Assembly: GCA_034660795.1 (NCBI GenBank)
Contig: JAYEJY010000290.1
Location: 1-36,007 of the forward strand
Direction: 5' to 3'
DNA from: Promethearchaeati archaeon
GTDB lineage: Archaea > Asgardarchaeota > Heimdallarchaeia > JABLTI01
Length of the DNA stretch: 36,007 bases
Program-made: the position numbers and the translations under genes
In this document: in pieces, positions 8,737 through 16,763 of the stretch
How the letters are laid out: the number at the start of each line of letters is the position of its first letter
How positions within the stretch are numbered: position 1 is the stretch's first letter
Notes under the pieces: model-generated
The model's database searches: none
What the model was told of the DNA's origin: nothing
Seen by the model: only the letters and a program-made list of their open reading frames with translations

Positions 8737-10065
8737 ATGACAGTAGATGTAAGTATTGTTAACGGAAAAATATTTTACAAAGGGGAGTTACGCCAAGGCG
8801 GATTAGCTATAGAGGGTGAAAAAATTTGCAAAATAGGAAAGGAACCTGTCCTTCCTAAAGCATCGAAAAAACTAGATGCAAAAGGAGGTTTAATTCTTCC
8901 AGGATTTATTGATTTACATGTCCATTTACGTGATTTCAAACAACAATACAAAGAAACACTAGAAACCGGAACTCGAGCTGCGCTAAATGGTGGGGTTACT
9001 ACAGTTTTAGATATGCCTAATAATATTCCTCCTACAAATTCCGCTGAAAGAATAATTTTGAAAAAAAAGCGAATAGAAAACAAAGCGGGTAGTAATGTTG
9101 GTTTTTATGCCCTCTTGCCTCATGATGGTAAAGAAATAACAAAATTGGTTCGAGAAGGTATTTTTGGATTTAAGACATATCCAGCATCTCCATTATATTA
9201 TCCCAAAAACAAGGCATTACTAAAACAACTTCTAAAAAAAATAGCCCCAACGAATCTTCCCTTATTGGTTCATCCTGATAATCCTCAAGCAGATGAGCTT
9301 GAAGAACGATTATATGAAAATGAGAATAAATCAGCTATTGAGATTTTTCTGGATGCTCATAATAAAATTGATGAAGCAAAAGCGATTAGAGATTATTGTC
9401 TTTTAAGCCAGGAACTTGATTTTAAACTACATATTGTTCATGTAACTACAAAAGAGTCCATTGAAGTACTTGAAAAATTTAAGAAACAAAATTCTATCAC
9501 TAGTGAAGTTTGTCCACACCATTTGCTTTTGAATAAAAAAGATTTGAAAAAAATGGGTTCTGAAGCAAAATGTTTGCCACCTTTACGAACAAAAGAAGAC
9601 CAATATGTACTCTGGAAAGCTATTAGAAATGACCTTATTTCAATTATTGCTACGGATCACGCCCCACATAGCTTTAAAGAGAAACATACCTCTTTTCGGG
9701 AAGCGTCTGCAGGTATACATGGCTTAGAAACACTTCTGCCATTAATGATAACTTCTGTTTTAGATGGGCATGTGTCACTTGAAACTTTAGTTAAAAAAGT
9801 TGCTATAAAACCCGCAGAAATTGCAAGGATTCCTAGAAGAGGAGATCTACAAGAAGGCTATTTCGCTGATGTAGTAGTGATACAAAAAAAGAAGACAACT
9901 ATCAAAGCAGATAATTTTGCATCAAAAGCTAAATGGTCGCCTTTTGATGGCTTCCCTATTAAGGCAATTCCTCATGCTGTTTTTGTGAATGGAACGCTAG
10001 TCAAAGAAGAAGGGTATCTATTATCTAAAACCAATATGGGTAAAATACTTGAACCACAATACTAA
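8737..10065 (+). CDS. pyrC: Dihydroorotase (cyclic amidohydrolase family)
   Basis: 442 aa. Metal-binding PGFIDLHVHLRD, and IATDHAPH later on. Overall architecture of class I dihydroorotase/allantoinase; the precise substrate is not provable from sequence alone. Confidence 0.75.
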   Translation: MTVDVSIVNGKIFYKGELRQGGLAIEGEKICKIGKEPVLPKASKKLDAKGGLILPGFIDLHVHLRDFKQQYKETLETGTRAALNGGVTTVLDMPNNIPPTNSAERIILKKKRIENKAGSNVGFYALLPHDGKEITKLVREGIFGFKTYPASPLYYPKNKALLKQLLKKIAPTNLPLLVHPDNPQADELEERLYENENKSAIEIFLDAHNKIDEAKAIRDYCLLSQELDFKLHIVHVTTKESIEVLEKFKKQNSITSEVCPHHLLLNKKDLKKMGSEAKCLPPLRTKEDQYVLWKAIRNDLISIIATDHAPHSFKEKHTSFREASAGIHGLETLLPLMITSVLDGHVSLETLVKKVAIKPAEIARIPRRGDLQEGYFADVVVIQKKKTTIKADNFASKAKWSPFDGFPIKAIPHAVFVNGTLVKEEGYLLSKTNMGKILEPQY

Positions 10066-10175
10066 TGCTAAAAATGGAAGAACATGTCTTACGGGTGTTA
10101 CAATATGGCACCATAGTTTTACTTAGTAACATGAGGAGAGGATAGCATATAAATCAAAAAAAATCAATCCAATTC

Positions 10176-10649
10176 TTGTTTGTAGTAGATCAAATGTATC
10201 GTAAATTAGCTCACTGGTTACGGATGTTAGGTTATAATACTATTTACGAAAAAAATATGTCAGATGATGATCTGCTAACTATAGCAAAAGAAGAGGATAG
10301 AATACTTATAACTAGGGATGAATTACTTCTAGCAACTGCAAGGAAAAAGGGAATTGAAGCATATCTCATTAAAGGAACAACAATTGAGAAGCGCTTACAA
10401 AATCTCGCTAAAAAAATCCCGATAACGCTGGAACTGCCGAAAAAACATCTTCCAAGATGCACAATTTGTAATAGTGAAATTCAACCAATTGATAAAGAGC
10501 TCATTAGTAATACTATACCAGAGGGAACCAAAAAACATTATGATATATTTTGGCAATGCACTAATCCTACTTGTAAAAAAATATACTGGAAAGGTTCACA
10601 TTGGGAAAAAATGAAAAAAACGTTAAAAAAATCCCGAGAAGCACTATAA
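10176..10649 (+). CDS. Mut7-C (DUF82) PIN-like RNase domain protein with C-terminal zinc ribbon
   Basis: FVVDQMYRKLAHWLRMLGYNT...RILITRDELL...RCTICN...FWQCTNPTCKKIYWKGSHWEKM matches the Mut7-C/DUF82 pattern. The domain begins before the first ATG, so the TTG at 10176 is the probable start. Confidence 0.8.
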   Translation: MFVVDQMYRKLAHWLRMLGYNTIYEKNMSDDDLLTIAKEEDRILITRDELLLATARKKGIEAYLIKGTTIEKRLQNLAKKIPITLELPKKHLPRCTICNSEIQPIDKELISNTIPEGTKKHYDIFWQCTNPTCKKIYWKGSHWEKMKKTLKKSREAL

Positions 10650-10733
10650 GAGTCCAAATAATTAAACCAAAAAACATTAAGAAGAGAGATTAGGTAATAT
10701 TGTTAGAGATAAAATTTAAGGCGCGTAAGTTTT

Positions 10734-11354
10734 ATGAGTGAGTCCTTTTCAATTGATGACGGTAAATTTCTTATTTCTTTAGCAAGAAAAACTATCCTCG
10801 AATACCTTTCCATTAAAAAAATCCCAGAGCCACCTGAGAATACTCCGGAAAAGTTAAAACAAGAAACTGGTGTTTTTGTTACCCTTAATAAGATTCAAAA
10901 TAATGGAGAAAAGGCATTACGAGGGTGTATAGGATATGCTACTCCTGTTTTTCCCCTCGTTCAAGCCGTAATACAAGCTGCAAAAAGTGCTGCTTGTAAT
11001 GATCCACGATTTCCGGCAGTATCATTAGAAGAAATGGAAGATATTGTCGTTGAAGTGACAATCTTAACTCCACCAGAACAAATTGATGTAAAAAATCCAG
11101 AGGACTACTTAAAAGAAATCGAAATTGGAAGAGATGGATTAATAATTAAAAAAGGGAGTTGGAATGGTTTGCTTTTACCACAAGTGCCATTAGAATGGAA
11201 TTGGGATACAGAAGAATTTTTGGACCATACTTGTAATAAAGCTGGTCTTCCAGGCGGATGTTGGAAAGATCCCAAAACAGAAGTTTATAAATTTTCAGGA
11301 GTTATTTATCAAGAAGAAAAACCTGAAGGAAAGGTAATAGAAGGGGAATATTAA
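10734..11354 (+). CDS. AMMECR1 domain protein
   Basis: 206 aa with the family hallmark LRGCIGY and downstream DPRFP...VEVTILTPP...GLIIKKG...GLLLPQV. Confidence 0.85.
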   Translation: MSESFSIDDGKFLISLARKTILEYLSIKKIPEPPENTPEKLKQETGVFVTLNKIQNNGEKALRGCIGYATPVFPLVQAVIQAAKSAACNDPRFPAVSLEEMEDIVVEVTILTPPEQIDVKNPEDYLKEIEIGRDGLIIKKGSWNGLLLPQVPLEWNWDTEEFLDHTCNKAGLPGGCWKDPKTEVYKFSGVIYQEEKPEGKVIEGEY

Positions 11355-11466
11355 CAAGCATTTGAGAGGGTGATTTTTTCTCTGCCGTTAACAAATAATT
11401 GAAATATTCAAAAAATCTAGATGATAATAGTTTAAATAGAGTATTTCACATGGGGTTTCAAGTAAT

Positions 11467-11925
11467 TTGGAGGATAAGAATGATACAGATTATAAAGAAG
11501 TAGCAAAATATGTATTATATCACCAAATGTTTAAAGAACCAAATATTATTCGCAATCGAAGAAACAATCTTTTTATTACCGTGAAAAATAGCGGAAAAAT
11601 AATGCATAAAACACTAGACCTTTTATTGAAATATCTTGGTTTATGGAAAAAGGGAAAAGAAAGAAAATTTATCCGGAAATTATCACATGAATTTAATGTA
11701 GATTCTAGAAAAGTATTAAAAAAATATCAGAAGCGATTAAACTATCTTTCACCAGAACAAATGCTTAATAAAATCGCTAAAATAAGTTTAATCTATTGTG
11801 ACATAATTAAGGAATTTATTTTACCAATAAAAGATGCTCTTTTGGAAAGTTTATATACAGAAGTTAAAACAAAATGCAAAAAAGAAAACTTTAGAAAAAA
11901 ATCAATAATTTGTCATTATCCATAG
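11467..11925 (+). CDS. Hypothetical protein, probably frame-disrupted (coding appears to continue to 12062 in another frame)
   Basis: Basic 152-aa ORF with a TTG start and no recognisable family. A stop-free frame of ~55 codons continues from the A7 run at 11895..11901 to the TAA at 12060..12062. A GGAGG + ATG at 11480 opens a different frame that stops after 7 codons. Confidence 0.4.
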   Translation: MEDKNDTDYKEVAKYVLYHQMFKEPNIIRNRRNNLFITVKNSGKIMHKTLDLLLKYLGLWKKGKERKFIRKLSHEFNVDSRKVLKKYQKRLNYLSPEQMLNKIAKISLIYCDIIKEFILPIKDALLESLYTEVKTKCKKENFRKKSIICHYP

Positions 11926-12235
11926 ATGCTAAGTTCAATATTCTCTTAAATTTTGAAATTTTAAAAGGATATGCTACCCTTCATAATGAAAAAATAAAGA
12001 TAACTCACTATGCTGATTTTTATAATGAAGTTTTAGAAGAAGTAAAATCTTGCTCTGAATAATTAATGAGTTTATTAATTATTTAAATAACTCATTTCAT
12101 AGTTTTTTAGATTATATATCATATATTCTCTTAGACTTTGTTTTCTAAATTGGAGGCTTTTTATAATCTTAGAGTATAATATATAACTGGAGAGAAACAA
12201 CCTATTTTTTTGTTATTTCTCTCCTAATATCCCAT

Positions 12236-12307
12236 AAACCTCTCTCCCCATTAAATAACTCCCTTTTCCTGTGACGGGGGCTTAGTGCCCTCGTCCAGAT
12301 TGATTCT
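12236..12307 (+). repeat. Copy A of a ~72-nt conserved intergenic element (TATA-like box + hairpin)
   Basis: AAACCTCTCTCCCC-ATTAAATAA-CTCCCTTTTCC-T-GTGACGGGGGC-TTAGT-GCCCTCGTCC-AGATTGATTCT. It matches copy B at 28165..28235 at roughly 56 of 72 hand-aligned positions. The hairpin is GACGGGGGC (12273..12281)/GCCCTCGTC (12287..12295). Confidence 0.6.
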
Positions 12308-12478
12308 TTCATGAGAAATTTAGAATTCTATTAAATCCTTTATGGGTAGAAAAATATTCTAACTTTTATAAGAAGAATTAATAATAAAAGAGGTTTCAAA
12401 ATACCTTCTGCCTTATGATATTTTGACATTTTTGATAATGGTAAATTAAAATAAAGAAAGAAAAGAAGAACAGAGATT

Positions 12479-13270
12479 TTATTCTTCTTCATTATTTTGA
12501 TTTAATTCAATTTTTTTTGCGATTTCTTCGATAGCCTTTGTATGTTCTCTGTCATTTTCTATTAGTAAGCGAATGATTTTTTTAATAGTCCATGGCTCTT
12601 CTGGAAAATCTGTGTCGATAGCATTTTTGAAAACTTTACAGTCCATTTTTGGATATTTTGCTTTGAGAATTGCTATTGCTCCTTGGCGTATTCGCAAGCA
12701 TCTTTCTAATATTGCTAATGATTCCAATTCTTCTTTAGTCATATTTATTGCTTCTAATAATTGTTGTTCCGTTTCAATGCCAAATCGGGTTATTAAGAAA
12801 AATTCATTCTGGTAAAGAGCTTTCAAATGTTCATTGATACTTTGTTTTTCCGGAATTATTTCTTTATCCTGTAATTCTTTATCGATGGGAAAAATTATAC
12901 GTGCTAGTTCATCAGGTAGAATTTTTAAAAGTTCCATTAGGAAAGTAAAGGTATTTTCTTCAAAAGGCTCTTGATCACTTTTAAAAAGACTATATACTCC
13001 ATTTTCTTGTCCTAATGTTTGTATGCCTGTTTTTTCTTCAATGATTGTTAATTCATTTATCCCTTTTAGAATTTCTATGGCTAGTTCTTTGAAACCATTT
13101 TTTGGTATTTCTTTACTAGCTAACCATTTACTGTATTCTTTGGCATCTTTTAGAATTAAATCAAGTGCTTCAGTTCTTGTTTTTGCTTTCGCAAAACAGC
13201 CCAATAATTCCACACCATGGGCATAGAAGATTTCTTTACCTTGTTCAAGATTTATTTTTAGTTCTGCCAC
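12479..13270 (-). CDS. Hypothetical protein (HicB/UPF0150-like N-terminus, DinB-like helical C-terminus; weak)
   Basis: 263 aa. The N-terminal FYAHGVELLGCFAKAKTRTEALDLILKDAKEYSKWL resembles the HicB/UPF0150 motif (y.A.vpeLpGc.tqG.T.eEAl). The C-terminal EPWTIKKIIRLLIENDREHTKAIEEI is reminiscent of DinB-type helical bundles. Motif-level only. Confidence 0.45.
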   Translation of the reverse strand: MAELKINLEQGKEIFYAHGVELLGCFAKAKTRTEALDLILKDAKEYSKWLASKEIPKNGFKELAIEILKGINELTIIEEKTGIQTLGQENGVYSLFKSDQEPFEENTFTFLMELLKILPDELARIIFPIDKELQDKEIIPEKQSINEHLKALYQNEFFLITRFGIETEQQLLEAINMTKEELESLAILERCLRIRQGAIAILKAKYPKMDCKVFKNAIDTDFPEEPWTIKKIIRLLIENDREHTKAIEEIAKKIELNQNNEEE

Positions 13271-13393
13271 TTTTCAACGACCGATTTTCTTTAAGTTTTT
13301 TATTATTTTATTGTAAAACTTACATAAAAGCTCTTGGGAACATGAGTTTTACCCTTTTTCTCAAACTTTTCTTCAATTTTAATAACATTTTAT

Positions 13394-15259
13394 CTATTTT
13401 TTACATTGTTCCTCTAATTCATCTTCATTGTCTCGTTCAACCCAAGAAAATTTTCTTTCCAAAGCTTTAGTATAATAATTACGCCAATCATAGTCTACTT
13501 CTTGTCCCCATTCATAATAGACTCGAGGATCTATGTATGATTTTAAGCTAGTATTAAGATTCCATGTTTTTGTTTGTTTAGCCATTCGTTCTTTTGCTTT
13601 TACTTTTTCCATGTTAAGATTTGCTTTGTAAAGACGCTCTTTTGCTCTCCCTAATATTTCACGTGCTTTTTTTAATTGTCTTTTCGCGGTATCAATTCTT
13701 TTATTTGCTGTTTCCACTCGTTTTTTCTTTCTTTTTACACGCTTTTTTGCACGTTCAATTTCTTTTTCTAAGTTTTCTTTTTCCTCTTCATTTGTTTCTT
13801 TTTCATAAGCAGTTTTTAATTCCTTTAATTCCTTCTTTTCTTTTTTTAACACTTGCATTCTTTCTTTCTTCATTTCTTTTCGTTCTGCAAGTTTTTGTTT
13901 AACTTCTTCTAACCGATCAATTCTTTTTTGTTTATAAGCAACAGCTTTATCAATACGTTCTTGCGCTCGGTCTCTTCTATCTTTAAATCGTTCTAATCTA
14001 TCATCCCAATTTTTCGGTTCCTGTTTAACATGATTACAAATGATTGCTGCCTCTCTATTAGCTAGAGTTGCTGCTTCTTTTTTTAAGAAATCGGGATCAT
14101 CTTTATCAACATCATCATTCTCGAGATATTCTTTAACTGCTTGGGTAGCATGGAAAGTTCGGAACATCTTCGCTGTTAATCCTTCCATCTTTTCTCCCAA
14201 AAAATCGTTGACGTGTTTGCTTCCGATGTTGTTAAATATTTGCGGTTTTTCTGTTCCTCTTTTTTCCGCTTCTTTCATTAATTCTTTTAAAACTGATAAA
14301 ACAGGTTTTGGCAATGTTGCCTCTTTATTCCATTCTACATAATCTTTTCCTCTAAAATTAAACCGCACTTTTTCGCCATTTATGGTCACATGTTCAGGTC
14401 GAAGGGTAGTTGCCCCGACGGTGTCTGCTTCATCATCATCTTTTTCATCTCCAACCCTTAGATTAAGTCTATCAATAATATAACAAGCTGTTGCTATTTT
14501 TTGTATTTCTTTATCATCACTTTTTATTCCCTTCATTATCTCTTTTCGTATTCTTGATAGATGATCTGCGATGCGATTTGCTTCATCGAATTTTTCTCGT
14601 TCCCGATCTTGTTTAATTGGCGTATTATCAGATAACCAGACATATTTTATTTTACCGGAAAGCTTATCTTTCCATTTTGCCACCCATAAACAATCCGGTT
14701 CCCACACAATATCTTTCCAATTTCCTTCTGGTATCGGGGCATCTGGACTAAGGTTTAAAATAACATCTTCTATTGACGGTCCTTCCTTCCATTTTCCTCG
14801 TAGCGGATGTTTTCCTCGTCCCATAAATATGCTACTAGGTTCAGCAGTATAATTTTGAATTTCTGCTTTTTTACCATTTAAGAGAGCGGTTCCGTAATAT
14901 TCCTTCTTTTTCTCTCTTTCTTCCTTCCTTTGTTCACGGGCTTTCTTCTTCTCTTCTTTGGTCATTTGTTCTTTTTTCTTTCTCTCAGCTTCCACAAAAT
15001 CCATAACTGGGGAGAAATCAACATCTTCATCTGTTAGAGAGTCATACCCTAAAGCTTCCGCAAAATCTTCGAAAAAATTCTCACAGAAAACTTCATCCTC
15101 GACATATTGGGTCGATAGTTTTTTCACCCATGCAATAGCCATTTGTTCCTGTTTAGGAGTAAGTTTGACTTTTTCACCTTTAATGTAAATGTGTAATTCG
15201 TGATACGGAGTTTCAACAAAATTGATGCCATTGTGATGTAACTTTTTTATATGCGCCAA
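13394..15259 (-). CDS. Eukaryote-type DNA topoisomerase IB (long form with coiled-coil linker)
   Basis: 621 aa. Catalytic pentad contexts align with human Topo I as I recall it: GATTLRPEHV (Arg), FRGKDYVEW (Lys), TAKMFRTFHAT (Arg), AIICNH (His), SLKSYIDPR (Tyr codon at 13535..13537). N-terminal core motifs IFMGRGKHPLRGKWK and VWLSDNTPIKQDREREKFD. A ~130-150-aa K/E/R-rich helical linker precedes the Tyr domain. Confidence 0.9.
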   Translation of the reverse strand: MAHIKKLHHNGINFVETPYHELHIYIKGEKVKLTPKQEQMAIAWVKKLSTQYVEDEVFCENFFEDFAEALGYDSLTDEDVDFSPVMDFVEAERKKKEQMTKEEKKKAREQRKEEREKKKEYYGTALLNGKKAEIQNYTAEPSSIFMGRGKHPLRGKWKEGPSIEDVILNLSPDAPIPEGNWKDIVWEPDCLWVAKWKDKLSGKIKYVWLSDNTPIKQDREREKFDEANRIADHLSRIRKEIMKGIKSDDKEIQKIATACYIIDRLNLRVGDEKDDDEADTVGATTLRPEHVTINGEKVRFNFRGKDYVEWNKEATLPKPVLSVLKELMKEAEKRGTEKPQIFNNIGSKHVNDFLGEKMEGLTAKMFRTFHATQAVKEYLENDDVDKDDPDFLKKEAATLANREAAIICNHVKQEPKNWDDRLERFKDRRDRAQERIDKAVAYKQKRIDRLEEVKQKLAERKEMKKERMQVLKKEKKELKELKTAYEKETNEEEKENLEKEIERAKKRVKRKKKRVETANKRIDTAKRQLKKAREILGRAKERLYKANLNMEKVKAKERMAKQTKTWNLNTSLKSYIDPRVYYEWGQEVDYDWRNYYTKALERKFSWVERDNEDELEEQCKK

Positions 15260-15357
15260 AACTTGTACCTCATCTCAAAAATTAGGCATTTAATTTTAAA
15301 ATGTAATGGAATATCCAATTTATAATTTTGATTTTTTTTTAAATAATTAAATTAGAC

Positions 15358-16113
15358 CTATCTTACTTCGCATACTTCAAATTGTCCGTTTATATCTTCA
15401 CAAACTTTTTCTAGCCTTCGTAATGAATAGGGGTATTTTTTTTCAAAAGCCGGATCTAAACATTTCAAAGGTCGGAATTGTTGAATATAATAACGTTTAG
15501 CACCCTTTATCATCCCTGCAATTATAGGGAGATCCTCTTCAGGATTAACTATCGTAGGTGCAACAGTTGTTCTAAACTCATGATTAATTCCTGAATTAAT
15601 AATAAGAGAAATGGTTTGTTTAATCTTCTTTAGAGGTGGTTTAACACCTGTTGCCTTGGGATATTTTTCTGGAATAGCCTTAACATCCATTGCAATATAA
15701 TCTAATAATTCTTCATCAAAGAGTTTTTTCACAACATCAGGATGACTACCATTAGTATCAATTTTTGTTACCAAGCCCATATCTTTCAATATTCCTAAAA
15801 ATTTAGGGAGACCGGTACTCATTGTTGGTTCTCCACCTGTAATGGAAACACCATCTAACCATTTTGTTTCTCTACGAATATCAATTTCTGCTAAGACTTC
15901 ATTAACATCATAACTATCCACTTTATCTGTTTTCTCTGTAAAAACTAAATCGGGATTATGACAATAGGGGCATCGAAAATTACAACCCCCAAGAAAAATT
16001 GAATCAACCAATTTTCCAGGCCATTCAATCATGGAGCTTTGTTGATATCCTTTTATTTCTAATTCTACCATATATTTTTCCTTCATAATATTAATCTTAT
16101 TTTGTTGTACCAT
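15358..16113 (-). CDS. nrdG: Anaerobic ribonucleoside-triphosphate reductase activating protein (radical SAM)
   Basis: GGCNFRCPYCHNP CxxxCxxC cluster motif, then SITGGEPT and the size and layout of NrdG2-type activases. It is the last gene of the nrd operon. The true start may be the ATG at 16086 or 16071 (AAGGA precedes the latter), which would remove the overlap with the upstream gene. Confidence 0.85.
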   Translation of the reverse strand: MVQQNKINIMKEKYMVELEIKGYQQSSMIEWPGKLVDSIFLGGCNFRCPYCHNPDLVFTEKTDKVDSYDVNEVLAEIDIRRETKWLDGVSITGGEPTMSTGLPKFLGILKDMGLVTKIDTNGSHPDVVKKLFDEELLDYIAMDVKAIPEKYPKATGVKPPLKKIKQTISLIINSGINHEFRTTVAPTIVNPEEDLPIIAGMIKGAKRYYIQQFRPLKCLDPAFEKKYPYSLRRLEKVCEDINGQFEVCEVR

Positions 16114-16363
16114 TGAGAGCTTTTTTGAGATCTATTATACTTGGTACATCTCCTCTCCATGCTTTTTTAATCTCATTCTGCTTATCAGCTACCAGTATCG
16201 AAGGTGTTGAAAGCACATCATAAAAGACAGCTTCTGTTAAACCTTCTTCTTCATCTAAATCATACCATTCAACGGTTGCTCCTTCTTCTTCTAATTGTTT
16301 CCCTAATTTCTTCGCAGTTGGGCAATTGGGGCAACCATCTTGAGTAAATATCATTAATTTCAT
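16097..16363 (-). CDS. Glutaredoxin/NrdH-like small redoxin (thioredoxin fold, CPNC active site)
   Basis: 88 aa. MKLMIFTQDGCPNCPTAKK is a beta1-CxxC-alpha1 arrangement, and TPSILV is a cis-Pro region. AAGAGGT sits upstream of the ATG. It is embedded between the nrdD pieces and nrdG. Confidence 0.75.
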   Translation of the reverse strand: MKLMIFTQDGCPNCPTAKKLGKQLEEEGATVEWYDLDEEEGLTEAVFYDVLSTPSILVADKQNEIKKAWRGDVPSIIDLKKALNGTTK

Positions 16364-16469
16364 TTCTTGTGAACCTCTTTTGTTAGATTTTTTATCATTA
16401 TCTTAATTTAACAAAGATGAAAGGATGAAGGTGGGAAAGCTTATTACAGAGTGGGAAAAGATTTTCTTT

Positions 16470-16715
16470 CTAATCTCCACTCCAATAATTTCCTTCCTGC
16501 CTTCTTTTTAATTCTGCTTTTTTCGATTTATTCCAATTATCGATTTTTGAAAAATATCCCACAACTCGACTCATGCCATAAACATTATGGCTGCCACAAT
16601 ATGGGCATGTAGGAGTATCATCAAAATCGCTTACTGATGATTCTTCTGCAAGTTCATCAGATGGTTTTATTTCGGTTACTTTTGCTACTTTTTTTTCTAT
16701 ATCTACTTGTTCCAT
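16470..16715 (-). CDS. Stand-alone NrdD C-terminal module: second zinc-ribbon half + glycyl-radical motif
   Basis: 81 aa. CPYCGSHNVYGMSRVVGYFSKIDNWNKSKKAELKRRQ matches the NrdD C-terminus (E. coli, from memory: CPKCG...RRVCGYLG...FNAGKQEEVKRRV). It has its own AAGAGGT motif ~13 nt upstream of the ATG. It is in the same frame as the large nrdD ORF but separated from it by three stops. Confidence 0.8.
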   Translation of the reverse strand: MEQVDIEKKVAKVTEIKPSDELAEESSVSDFDDTPTCPYCGSHNVYGMSRVVGYFSKIDNWNKSKKAELKRRQEGNYWSGD

Positions 16716-16763
16716 TTTTGGTTTTTACCTCTTTATTATGTTCACCTAGTTGTTTGAGATGTT

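Noticed and set aside
13621-15188. Four antisense ORFs inside the topoisomerase IB gene (13621..13902, 14040..14342, 14571..14852, 14958..15188), and similar antisense ORFs inside nrdD, malic enzyme, pyrC, glyS, gcvT and others
   Set aside because: Each lies wholly within a longer ORF that has strong family motifs on the other strand, and their translations are low-complexity.
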